In this document: positions 1-8,462 of the stretch, one piece after another
Layout: every line of letters starts with the position of its first letter
Numbering within the stretch: the stretch's first letter is position 1
Assembly (NCBI GenBank): GCA_051747065.1
Contig: JBNJFT010000004.1
Coordinates: forward strand, 1-34,867
DNA from: Bacteroidota bacterium
GTDB lineage: Bacteria; Bacteroidota; Bacteroidia; Bacteroidales; UBA12077
Length of the DNA stretch: 34,867 nt
Reading direction: 5' to 3'
Position numbers and translations under genes: made by a program
Notes under the pieces: generated by a model
What the model was told of the DNA's origin: nothing
Database searches by the model: none
The model's input: the letters and a program-made list of their open reading frames with translations, nothing else

Positions 1-1
1 T

Positions 2-1012
2 TCATTATATCACTCTTCAAGAACAAATGCGTCATATTTTTATCAGTCCGGAGATAAATCCTTTAATATGTCAGGAGCTTCAGTTAGCCTCCAGAGGAGA
101 TTGGAATGGCCGGATGACTATTTTCTGTTGTCCAATTCTCTCAGTTTTAAGCAGTATAATCTAAACAAATGGGATAATTATTTCATAATTGAAGATGGAA
201 AGTCAAATAATGTTAGTTTTCAGACTTCTTTTTCAAGAAATTCTGTTTCTCAACCAATCTATCCTCGTAGTGGCTCAAAATTTTCGCTTTCATTGGAGTT
301 AACTCCTCCATTCTCCTTGTTTAAGGAAGATAAATGGTGGGAGTTATCTGGGAGCGAAAGAGAAGATATTACTGAGGATGTGAAAGATGATTATGATGCA
401 GGAGAAACAGACGCAAACCAAGAATCACTTGTCGAACAAGAAATACAGAATGAAATAAATTCGGAAAAATACAAATGGGTGGAATACCATAAATGGAAGT
501 ATAAAAGTGAATGGTATCTTAAACTTATTGATGATTTAGTACTTGCCACTAAAAGCGAATTTGGGTATTTGGGTTACTATGATCAGGATGTCGGGTTTAG
601 CCCGTTTGGTTCTTTTGATTTAGGCGGCGATGGTCTTTCCGGTTATAACCTATACGGAAGGGAAACAATAAAATTGAGAGGTTATGAGAATAGTTCTTTA
701 ACTCCTGTTATTGATGGCAAGAAGGCAGGGAATATTTATGAGAAAATTAATATGGAACTTCGTTATCCTATTTCTCTGGAACGCCAGGCTACCATTTATG
801 TTCTCGGTTTTGTTGAAGCAGGAAATGCATGGCATAACTTTGAACAGTTTGATCCTTTCGCCCTAAAACGATCAGCTGGTGTTGGAGTAAGAGCCTTTTT
901 GCCTATGTTCGGTAAATTAGGAATTGACTGGGGCTATGGCTTCGATACAATCGAAGGCAGGCCAGATGCAAACGGTGGACAATTTCACTTCGTAATTGGA
1001 CAACAATTTTAA
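2..1012 (+). CDS. bamA: Outer membrane protein assembly factor BamA, C-terminal beta-barrel (5'-partial)
   Basis: Frame is open from base 2. Contains the LRGYEN loop-6 motif, KRSAGVGVRAFLPMFGKLGIDWGYGFD and the C-terminal FHFVIGQQF. Followed by two skp genes. Confidence 0.95.
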   Translation, partial: SLYHSSRTNASYFYQSGDKSFNMSGASVSLQRRLEWPDDYFLLSNSLSFKQYNLNKWDNYFIIEDGKSNNVSFQTSFSRNSVSQPIYPRSGSKFSLSLELTPPFSLFKEDKWWELSGSEREDITEDVKDDYDAGETDANQESLVEQEIQNEINSEKYKWVEYHKWKYKSEWYLKLIDDLVLATKSEFGYLGYYDQDVGFSPFGSFDLGGDGLSGYNLYGRETIKLRGYENSSLTPVIDGKKAGNIYEKINMELRYPISLERQATIYVLGFVEAGNAWHNFEQFDPFALKRSAGVGVRAFLPMFGKLGIDWGYGFDTIEGRPDANGGQFHFVIGQQF

Positions 1013-1046
1013 TCTTTTTATGTGGTTCAAAAAAAAGAATATTCAA

Positions 1047-1559
1047 ATGAAACGCATTATCCTGATTTTATTTCTTTTCTTCTTTATGGCTTCAGCCTAT
1101 AGTCAAAGGTTTGCCTATGTCAATACAACATATGTTCTGGAAAATATACCAGCATATAAATCAGCTCAGGAAAAACTGGATCAATTATCTTATGAATGGC
1201 AGCAAGAACTCGAATCTAAACAAGAGGAAATTGATGAACTCACACAGGAATTTCAGAGTGAGAAAGTACTGTTGACAGATAGAATGAAGCAGAAACGTCA
1301 GGAAGAAATTGAAGAGAAGAAAAAAGAACTGAATGAACTAAAGAATAAATATTTCGGGCCTGAAGGCGAATTGTATAAGAAAAGACAAGAGCTTGTTAAG
1401 CCTATACAGGAAGAAGTATATAATATCGTACAGAAAATAGCTGATAATGGGAATTATGCAATTATTTTCGACGCGTCAGATAAATCGAATATACTCTATA
1501 CGAATCCTAAACACGATAAAAGTGATGAAGTATTAAAAGAATTGGGTTATAAAAAATAA
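1047..1559 (+). CDS. skp: OmpH/Skp family periplasmic chaperone
   Basis: Signal peptide from ATG 1047 (MKRIILILF), FAYVN motif, coiled coil, FGPEGELYKKRQELVKPIQ, and position after bamA. Confidence 0.9.
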   Translation: MKRIILILFLFFFMASAYSQRFAYVNTTYVLENIPAYKSAQEKLDQLSYEWQQELESKQEEIDELTQEFQSEKVLLTDRMKQKRQEEIEEKKKELNELKNKYFGPEGELYKKRQELVKPIQEEVYNIVQKIADNGNYAIIFDASDKSNILYTNPKHDKSDEVLKELGYKK

Positions 1560-1565
1560 ATTAAA

Positions 1566-1573
1566 TAAATTTG
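1566..1573 (+). promoter_or_regulatory. Bacteroidota -7 promoter box (TAnnTTTG)
   Basis: TAAATTTG lies 28 nt upstream of the second skp ATG. Confidence 0.45.
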
Positions 1574-1601
1574 TAAATAAACAATTAAAAACTAGACAGT
1601 C

Positions 1602-2126
1602 ATGAAAAGAATATTTGTACTAATTTTTGTAATTGCTTTCTTGTTCCCTATATCAAATCTTAAGGCTCAAGAAAATGATTTTAAGTTTGGACACATCAAT
1701 GTCCAGGAAGTAATGAGCATGATGCCTGAAAGAGACAGTGCCAGACAAGAGATGGAAAATTACAATCAGATGTTGCAGCAAGAATTGCAGACAATGCAGC
1801 AGGAATATCAGAAAAAGCTTCAGGATTATCAGGAAAACGTGGATAGATATTCTGAATCTGTCAGGGAATCCAAAGAAAACGAACTTCAGGATATTCAAAG
1901 AAGAATTCAGGAATTCCAAACTACTGCCCAACAGGATTTCCAGCAAAGACAAAACGAAATCATGGAACCTATCATGGAGAAAATTGAAAATGCTATAGAG
2001 AAAGTTGGAGAAGAGCAGGGATTTATTTATATCTTCGATACTAGTGCAGGAGCTGTCGTATATAAAAATGATAATAACAGTAAAGATGTTGCCCCTCTCG
2101 TTAAAAAGGAATTAGGAATTCAATAA
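1602..2126 (+). CDS. skp: OmpH/Skp family periplasmic chaperone (second paralog)
   Basis: Signal peptide, KFGHIN motif, Q/E-rich coiled coil, GFIYIFD, and C-terminal VKKELG. Confidence 0.9.
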   Translation: MKRIFVLIFVIAFLFPISNLKAQENDFKFGHINVQEVMSMMPERDSARQEMENYNQMLQQELQTMQQEYQKKLQDYQENVDRYSESVRESKENELQDIQRRIQEFQTTAQQDFQQRQNEIMEPIMEKIENAIEKVGEEQGFIYIFDTSAGAVVYKNDNNSKDVAPLVKKELGIQ

Positions 2127-2146
2127 ATGTTTTGAATACTAAATAT

Positions 2147-2179
2147 AAAAGGCCATCTTAAAAGGAGATGGTCTTTTTT
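2147..2179 (+). terminator. Intrinsic terminator after bamA-skp-skp
   Basis: AAAAGGCCATCT-loop-AGATGGTCTTTTTT. Confidence 0.7.
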
Positions 2180-2197
2180 AATGTTAATAGTTCTACT

Positions 2198-3013
2198 ATG
2201 ATAAGTTCAGAACAGCCTATAGGTATTTTTGACTCAGGTGTTGGAGGATTAACAGTTGCCAGTGCAATAAAACTAGCATTGCCCAATGAGAAACTGATTT
2301 ATTTTGGCGATACTGCACATTTGCCTTATGGAGATAAATCAGGAGAAACTATTGTCGGTTACTCAAAGCGTATTGCCGATTTTCTGATTAATAAAGAAGT
2401 AAAGGTTATTCTTATTGCCTGTAATACCGCCTCAGCTGTCGCATATAATGAATTAAAAAAGTACCTGGATGATAAGATTTTAATTATTAATGTTATTGAT
2501 CCTGTGGTGAACTATGTTTCTGAGCATTATGGTGAAACAAAAATTGGAGTGATAGGAACAAAAGGAACCATTAATAGCGGAATGTATGAGAAGAAAATTG
2601 TAGAGGGCTATAATAATGTTCAGGTGGCTTCCCTTGCTACTCCACTTTTTGTCCCTATGATTGAGGAAGGTTTTGTGTATGATGATATAAGTAATGCCAT
2701 TATCCGGTCTTATCTTTCCTCTGATACTTTAAAAGATATTCAATCGCTGATTTTGGGTTGTACGCATTACCCAATAATAAAAAATCAAATCCGCAAATTT
2801 TTTGATTTTAAAGTTGATGTGCTTGATTCTGCAAACATTGTCGCTCAATACTTAAAATCACAACTGGAATCGAAAAATTTACTCAATAATCATTTAAGAA
2901 CTCCCGAAGATACTTTCTATGTATCTGATTATACAACATATTTCGAAGCTATTGCCCGCATGTTTTTTGAGGAGCGCATTAATCTCGTTAAAGAGAATAT
3001 CTGGAAAGAATAA
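2198..3013 (+). CDS. murI: Glutamate racemase
   Basis: PIGIFDSGVGGLTV, PYGDKS, IACNTAS and LGCTHYP motifs. The ATG at 2168 lies inside the terminator, so 2198 is preferred. Confidence 0.95.
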   Translation: MISSEQPIGIFDSGVGGLTVASAIKLALPNEKLIYFGDTAHLPYGDKSGETIVGYSKRIADFLINKEVKVILIACNTASAVAYNELKKYLDDKILIINVIDPVVNYVSEHYGETKIGVIGTKGTINSGMYEKKIVEGYNNVQVASLATPLFVPMIEEGFVYDDISNAIIRSYLSSDTLKDIQSLILGCTHYPIIKNQIRKFFDFKVDVLDSANIVAQYLKSQLESKNLLNNHLRTPEDTFYVSDYTTYFEAIARMFFEERINLVKENIWKE

Positions 3014-3206
3014 CTCTAATACCAATATTTTACCTCCCGAAGGCACTGTTTTTTTAAATTATTTTGAGTCTAAATAGTATTCCAATCCTTTTATCTTTTC
3101 GTTTCATACTTATTGCTACCACCATTTGCCAGCCTTGCTGATAAAAGTCATTGAAAAAAAATAAATGATTTATAATCTTTAGTACATTAAACTAAAACCT
3201 GTTTTT

Positions 3207-6200
3207 ATGCATAAGATCACTAAACATCCTATTCTAGATATTGAAAAGAAAGAAGCCGTTTCTTTCAATTTTAAAGGACAAACTGTTACTTGTGAAAAGG
3301 GATTAACTATAGCAGCAGCTCTTCATCAAGCGGGTTATCCTGTACACTCTCAGAGTTTAAAAGGCAGGAACCGAAGCCTCGAATGTGGCATTGGTAAATG
3401 TGGTGCTTGTGAGATGATTGTCGATGGAGAAGTGAGGAGAATATGCATTACAAAAGTAGATAATGTACAAGAAGTTCAGGAAATTCCAAGGGATTATGAA
3501 CCGAAAGCAAAAACAGTTAATGCAGAACAACCACAAACTGTATATCAAACTGATGTGGCTATAATTGGAGCCGGGCCGGCAGGTTTAGCAGCAAGAGATG
3601 TTCTTAACGGACATAAAATAGATAACATTGTTATTGACAATAATGAAAATATTGGTGGCCAGTTTTTGATGCAAACACACCAGTTTTTCTTTTTTGAAAA
3701 GGAAAAGAACTTAGGTGGTAAACGTGGATTCGAAATTGCTAAAGAGCTTGCAGGAGATGATCATAGTGGAATATTTCTGAATTCAACTGTTTGGGATATT
3801 CTGGAAGGAAAACGTTTGGCTGTAAAAAATATTAAAACCGAAGAAATTTTCTTTGTTGAAGCAGACCAACTGATTATCGGGACAGGAGCTGTACCTTTTA
3901 TGCCACCATTTGAGAATGATGATGTCCCTGGTGTATATACGGCTGCAGTCGTGCAAAAAATGATGAACATTGAAGAGACATTACTGGGAAAAAATGTATT
4001 AACTGTCGGTGCTGGTAATATCGGTTATTTGACTTCCTATCAGCTCACACAGGCTGGTGCGAATGTAAAGGCAATAGTTGAAGCTCTACCTGAAGAAGGA
4101 GGTTTTCCGGTTCAGGCGAACCGTGTGAAACGCCTGGGCATTCCAGTCGTTACAAATCATCTTTTATTAAAAGCGATACCAAATGAAAACTATGATGGTA
4201 TTGTTGGTGCTGTAATTGCCGAATCAAAGAACTTTGAACCAATACCCGGTACCGAAAAAACCATTGATGGTATTGATGCTATTAATGTTTGTACTGGTTT
4301 AGTTTCTGATGATGTGCTTTATACAAAAGGCAAAGAGGTCTTTGGAAGAGCTTGCCATGGAGCTGGTGATGCTATTCGGATAGGAGAAGGAACGAGCGCA
4401 GTTTTACGAGGAAAACAGGTTGCATATGAGATTCTCGACGAAATGGGCAAGAAATATGATTATAAACAATATTTGAGCATTTCCAAAGAATATATCGATT
4501 CTCAGCAAGAACCTGTACCAATTCTCGATGAACCATATAAGCCCGATAAGAAAAGGCAGGAAGAAAAACCTTTTGTTCTGATTGATTGCTTGCATGGTTT
4601 TGCTTGTAACCCCTGCGCCTTTGTTTGTCCTTTTGGGGCTATTACAAAATCTTCAACAAGTACAGCACCGGAGATTGATTTTGAAAAATGTACCGGCTGT
4701 ATGCAGTGTGTTTATCAATGCCCGGGATTAGCAATATTTGGTTATAATTATAAAAAGAATACGGTGTTCTTACCAATTGAGATTGATGCTGAAGAAAACA
4801 CTGAAGTTTTTCTTGTGAATAATAAAGGAGAGAAAGTGGGCGAGGGAATCATAGATAAGATTATGAAGAAACCCAATAAAACCCATATTGCAAGAGTAAA
4901 AACTTATGGCCTGGAAGGGGAGGAATTGATGAATGCCCGTGGTTTTATTGCAAAAGAAGAATATCCGGGTAAAATGAAATATGAACCTTATAAAAATGGC
5001 CTGGAGGAAGATAAATATATCTGTCATTGTGATGATGTAAAGCTGAAGGACATTTTAGATGTTATAGGTGAACGTAAATTTATTTCTGTAGATGAGATAA
5101 AGCATACAACCAGATTGGGAATGGGTGCTTGTCGTGGTAAACGTTGTATAAAAAGATTAAAACAAATCTTGCCGAAGTATAACAAATCCATAGTAGGAGA
5201 AGCAACACCCAGAGGTCCTATGTCGAATCAAATTTCTATGGGAGAGCTTTATCCTCGTTCTGTGCATGAACAGGTTAAGCCTCTGGTTAATGGCAAAGAT
5301 GTTAAGAAAGTAAAGGTTGACTCCCTTGTTGCTGGCGGCGGAATAGCCGGAAGCGCTGCTTTTCGCTACTTAGCTGAAGAAGGAAAGAAGCCTGTCTTAT
5401 TAAATTATGGCAGAGGATCTTCCTGGAGAAATATTGCAGGAGGCAGACCGAATTTTAGTTTGCCCGAACTTTCAGATATTGCCAATAATAACAATAGAAT
5501 TTTTCAAGAGTTGCAGCAAATATCGAATGTAGATTATCGCCCCATACGTTACGTAACATTCGCTCACAATGATGAGATTTATAAAACCCTTGAGAAATCC
5601 ATTGAGTGGTCTGATGCTTATCTGATTGAACCAAAAGATTTTCCTAAAGAATTATCTCCTCATTTTAATAAAAATCTGGATACATATAAAGCTGCTTTGG
5701 TCACTAAAAATTGCTGGCAGTCTACACCGGGGAAAGTGCTTGATCTTATAAGGCACTTAGGTGAAAAAAATGGTGGCTCTGTGGAAGAAGACTGTAAAGT
5801 GATAGATGTAAAAAAAGAGGGGAATGTATATAAAGTATTAACACGAAATCATAATTCGGACTATATAGAATACGAAACGAATGTATTTATTAATGCAATG
5901 GGGCCAACTGGCCACCATTTTGCTAAAAATATGGGTATTGAAACCGGATTATTTTCCGTAAAACACCAGGCTTTTATTACCCGGCGCCTTCCTTATCTCG
6001 GGGTGAATGGAAATCCAATGCCGATGATGATTGACAGGAGAAATTATAAAGGGTTTGTTGCTGTGTATGGTCAACAACTTGCTGAAACAGGCCAGGTGAT
6101 AGGTTGTGCTTCACCGGCAATTGAGCCGAATGAAACGGAGAAAAACTTAAAGGTCAATTCTCAGGATTTCTTGAATATAGGAACGGAAATATTTACGAAT

Positions 6201-6440
6201 TGGATTCCGAAATTATCTTCTGTGGGTTTTCAGGCAGTTTGGGCAGGATATTATGTTGAACCAAGAATGATTATTGATCCTGAGCATGGTTTATTCCTTG
6301 GATTAAGAGGCCAGGGTTATATGCTTGGACAGTATCTTGCTAAAATGTATGTGGACAAGTTAGTTGGCAAGCCTGTCCCTGATTATTTCGATAGGCTTAA
6401 ACTTTCAGGAGATGGTTTATTGGAAAAAGCCTTTAAATAG
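3207..6440 (+). CDS. Multidomain FAD/Fe-S oxidoreductase: 2Fe-2S, NAD(P)/FAD reductase, 2x4Fe-4S, BFD-like 2Fe-2S and DAO-family domains
   Basis: CGIGKCGAC..C; IIGAGPAG and VGAGNIG; C..ACNPCAFVCP and CTGCMQCVYQCP; CHC..RLGMGACRGKRC; VAGGGIAG..GSSWRN; GLRGQGYMLG. Confidence 0.85.
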   Translation: MHKITKHPILDIEKKEAVSFNFKGQTVTCEKGLTIAAALHQAGYPVHSQSLKGRNRSLECGIGKCGACEMIVDGEVRRICITKVDNVQEVQEIPRDYEPKAKTVNAEQPQTVYQTDVAIIGAGPAGLAARDVLNGHKIDNIVIDNNENIGGQFLMQTHQFFFFEKEKNLGGKRGFEIAKELAGDDHSGIFLNSTVWDILEGKRLAVKNIKTEEIFFVEADQLIIGTGAVPFMPPFENDDVPGVYTAAVVQKMMNIEETLLGKNVLTVGAGNIGYLTSYQLTQAGANVKAIVEALPEEGGFPVQANRVKRLGIPVVTNHLLLKAIPNENYDGIVGAVIAESKNFEPIPGTEKTIDGIDAINVCTGLVSDDVLYTKGKEVFGRACHGAGDAIRIGEGTSAVLRGKQVAYEILDEMGKKYDYKQYLSISKEYIDSQQEPVPILDEPYKPDKKRQEEKPFVLIDCLHGFACNPCAFVCPFGAITKSSTSTAPEIDFEKCTGCMQCVYQCPGLAIFGYNYKKNTVFLPIEIDAEENTEVFLVNNKGEKVGEGIIDKIMKKPNKTHIARVKTYGLEGEELMNARGFIAKEEYPGKMKYEPYKNGLEEDKYICHCDDVKLKDILDVIGERKFISVDEIKHTTRLGMGACRGKRCIKRLKQILPKYNKSIVGEATPRGPMSNQISMGELYPRSVHEQVKPLVNGKDVKKVKVDSLVAGGGIAGSAAFRYLAEEGKKPVLLNYGRGSSWRNIAGGRPNFSLPELSDIANNNNRIFQELQQISNVDYRPIRYVTFAHNDEIYKTLEKSIEWSDAYLIEPKDFPKELSPHFNKNLDTYKAALVTKNCWQSTPGKVLDLIRHLGEKNGGSVEEDCKVIDVKKEGNVYKVLTRNHNSDYIEYETNVFINAMGPTGHHFAKNMGIETGLFSVKHQAFITRRLPYLGVNGNPMPMMIDRRNYKGFVAVYGQQLAETGQVIGCASPAIEPNETEKNLKVNSQDFLNIGTEIFTNWIPKLSSVGFQAVWAGYYVEPRMIIDPEHGLFLGLRGQGYMLGQYLAKMYVDKLVGKPVPDYFDRLKLSGDGLLEKAFK

Positions 6441-6823
6441 GCGTATTCAGTAGTTAGTAGAACGGCGGAAAGGGGCTTGATATGGATAATCTAAATAAAA
6501 GTTGTTAAAATAATGAACGTGAAAACTTTCAAGTTAAAATTGAAGGGCACTAAATTCCATAAGTCTATTTCTGCGATAACCCAGCTTTTTTCTAATTTTG
6601 ATTGTTTTCGAGGCCGTATTTTCCTCAATAACTTACAGACTGATTGATTATTAAACCTTTAATTTTATCTGAAACTGCCTAGTTAATACATTAAAATACC
6701 AGATACAATATTTTTATATTTCGTTGATAGTTAGCTGTTATCGTATTCTGCCTGCCTGCCGAGGGCAGGTAGGAATTCTTATAGATATATAGCCGGTACT
6801 TCTGAAATTGCCTGAATGCGCCT
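6438..6823. mobile_element. Nested MITE-like repeat cluster, locus A
   Basis: End motifs at 6438-6454 (+) and at 6668-6681, 6796-6814 and 6812-6823 (inverted). Segment 6683-6814 is the reverse complement of 23811-23933. Segment ~6560-6681 resembles the reverse complement of 31362-31480. Confidence 0.7.
6751..6773. repeat. REP-like palindrome CCTGCCTGCC-GAG-GGCAGGTAGG
   Basis: 10-bp stem with one G-U pair. Related copies at 17028-17043 and 17053-17073. Confidence 0.7.
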
Positions 6824-6827
6824 TTGT

Positions 6828-6870
6828 AAAAAGAAAAAAGCTGACCTCTACGGACAGCTTTTTTCTTTTT
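6828..6870. terminator. Bidirectional intrinsic terminator
   Basis: AAAAGAAAAAAGCTG-loop-CAGCTTTTTTCTTTT between convergent genes. Confidence 0.8.
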
Positions 6871-6889
6871 GATCTGGAGTTTATGTATT

Positions 6890-7363
6890 TTAATAAACGC
6901 TTTCAGTTTCTGCAGCTGAGTAGTTTACTTTTAAAGCACTTGCCTTACGAAGTGCCTGTTTTACGTCTGTAACAATTCCCATTTCTGATTCTTTATCAAT
7001 TTTAAGAACTGTTGTCATCTTCGACCTATCATCTTCATCAAGTTTTTCACGTTCTGTAAAAATATAATCACGAATATCTTCTACTTTAGCAAAAGAATCA
7101 TTTAACTGGATTCTTGGCTCGCTACCATATCTATCTTGATAAGTAGGCTTTGGTTTACCAATATAGATATGTGTCACCAGGTTTTTCTTTTCCAGTTTTG
7201 TGACTTCTGTGGCAGAAGGTAATCTTTGAGCCACGTTGACTGTTGTTTCACGAATAACCGTAGTTACCATAAAGAAGAACAGCAACATGAAAATAATATC
7301 CGGTAATGAAGCTGTTGATAAACCCGGTACCGTTTTCTTATCATCTTTTCTGAATTTACCCAT
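6890..7363 (-). CDS. exbD: Biopolymer transporter ExbD/TolR family
   Basis: TASLPDIIFMLLFFFMVTT transmembrane segment with the conserved Asp; LKIDKESEMGIVTDVKQALR. Confidence 0.9.
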   Translation of the reverse strand: MGKFRKDDKKTVPGLSTASLPDIIFMLLFFFMVTTVIRETTVNVAQRLPSATEVTKLEKKNLVTHIYIGKPKPTYQDRYGSEPRIQLNDSFAKVEDIRDYIFTEREKLDEDDRSKMTTVLKIDKESEMGIVTDVKQALRKASALKVNYSAAETESVY

Positions 7364-7365
7364 AA

Positions 7366-7947
7366 TTAATTCCCTCCGACATTTTTAGGTTCTGCTTCTG
7401 ATATAACCTGAGGGTATGCCTCTTTGATAGCTTTTCTTTTCTCGCTGTCCAGATCTTTATACTTTTTTCCGAACTTTCTGGAAGCAATTTCATTCCTAAC
7501 TTCATTATATGCTGCCACTAATTCGTTCTGAACATGCAGATAGATTTCATAAGAGGTTCCCCGGTCGTTTTGTAAAGATATAATGTGATTTTTCGGAACC
7601 GTTACTACTCCCAATTCTGAAATCTCTTTCTCTGTTAATTCAGGTAAATTATCTTTATTTTCTGGGTTTACGATAAACTCCTTGGCAGATTCCCGAAGGT
7701 TATTTATTCTCATTGGTTCACCATCTACAAGCAGCTGATCATTAGAATTAATCAGCACTTCAAAGACGTTACGTTCTTTAATTTTCTTATCGTCTTCTGG
7801 TTGCTCCTGATCCTCAGGTAATGGAGGCAGTTTTCGGGTCAGTCCCGTGTTAACATCCATTGTTGTGGCAACCAAAAAGAATATAAGTAGCAAAAACGCA
7901 ATGTCCGCCATTGGTGCTGCATTAAAATCTGGAACTTTTTTAGCCAT
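7366..7947 (-). CDS. exbD: Biopolymer transporter ExbD/TolR family
   Basis: MADIAFLLLIFFLVATTMD; ISLQNDRGTSY. Confidence 0.9.
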   Translation of the reverse strand: MAKKVPDFNAAPMADIAFLLLIFFLVATTMDVNTGLTRKLPPLPEDQEQPEDDKKIKERNVFEVLINSNDQLLVDGEPMRINNLRESAKEFIVNPENKDNLPELTEKEISELGVVTVPKNHIISLQNDRGTSYEIYLHVQNELVAAYNEVRNEIASRKFGKKYKDLDSEKRKAIKEAYPQVISEAEPKNVGGN

Positions 7948-7966
7948 ATATTCAATTTTTTAGTCT

Positions 7967-8012
7967 TTTTACATGCGACATTCGCTTTTTATAACGAATG
8001 TCACATGTAAAA
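7967..8012 (-). promoter_or_regulatory. Intra-operon 18-bp RNA stem-loop
   Basis: Minus strand reads UUUUACAUGUGACAUUCG-10nt-CGAAUGUCGCAUGUAAAA. It is fully paired with one U-G only on the mRNA strand, and no U-tract follows. Confidence 0.55.
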
Positions 8013-8018
8013 TATTTT

Positions 8019-8447
8019 TTACTTAAACACCTTTGCAATCTCAGTGAAGATGATCGATAGTATACCCAAACCAACCAGAATATACATGGTTATAATACCC
8101 ATGCCTGACAGTTGTAAAATTTGGGGTACATTTTGTGGATTAGGTTTGGCAAAATTTAATGGCTCAGTAGAAGCAAGAGCATAACTTATCAATCCTAAAA
8201 CCACCAGTACTAATATTCCTATTAAACTTCCCCTGGCCTTTTTGGGATGCATTACCATCTCAATTAATGGAAAAATCAATGCCAATACAGCCGCAATACC
8301 TGCTAAAATGCCGGCCCACAGGAGAATCGTGTTTGTGAAAGTAGGTGCACCACTGGCAGTCTCCGGTCCGGCATAGAATATTATGCCAAACACTGCGGAG
8401 ATTGCGAGTAGAACAATTCCTAATATTCTTATCAATTTATTATTCAT
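8019..8447 (-). CDS. Four-TM hypothetical membrane protein between exbB and exbD
   Basis: Four hydrophobic segments. This position is typical of the Bacteroidota exbB-X-exbD-exbD cluster. Confidence 0.8.
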   Translation of the reverse strand: MNNKLIRILGIVLLAISAVFGIIFYAGPETASGAPTFTNTILLWAGILAGIAAVLALIFPLIEMVMHPKKARGSLIGILVLVVLGLISYALASTEPLNFAKPNPQNVPQILQLSGMGIITMYILVGLGILSIIFTEIAKVFK

Positions 8448-8462
8448 AATGTCCTGTTAATT

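Noticed and set aside
5300-6440. DAO domain of the fusion protein as ThiO (glycine oxidase) for thiamine synthesis
   Set aside because: The thi operon already has ThiH for iminoacetate. The fusion gene is unlinked and has no TPP riboswitch.
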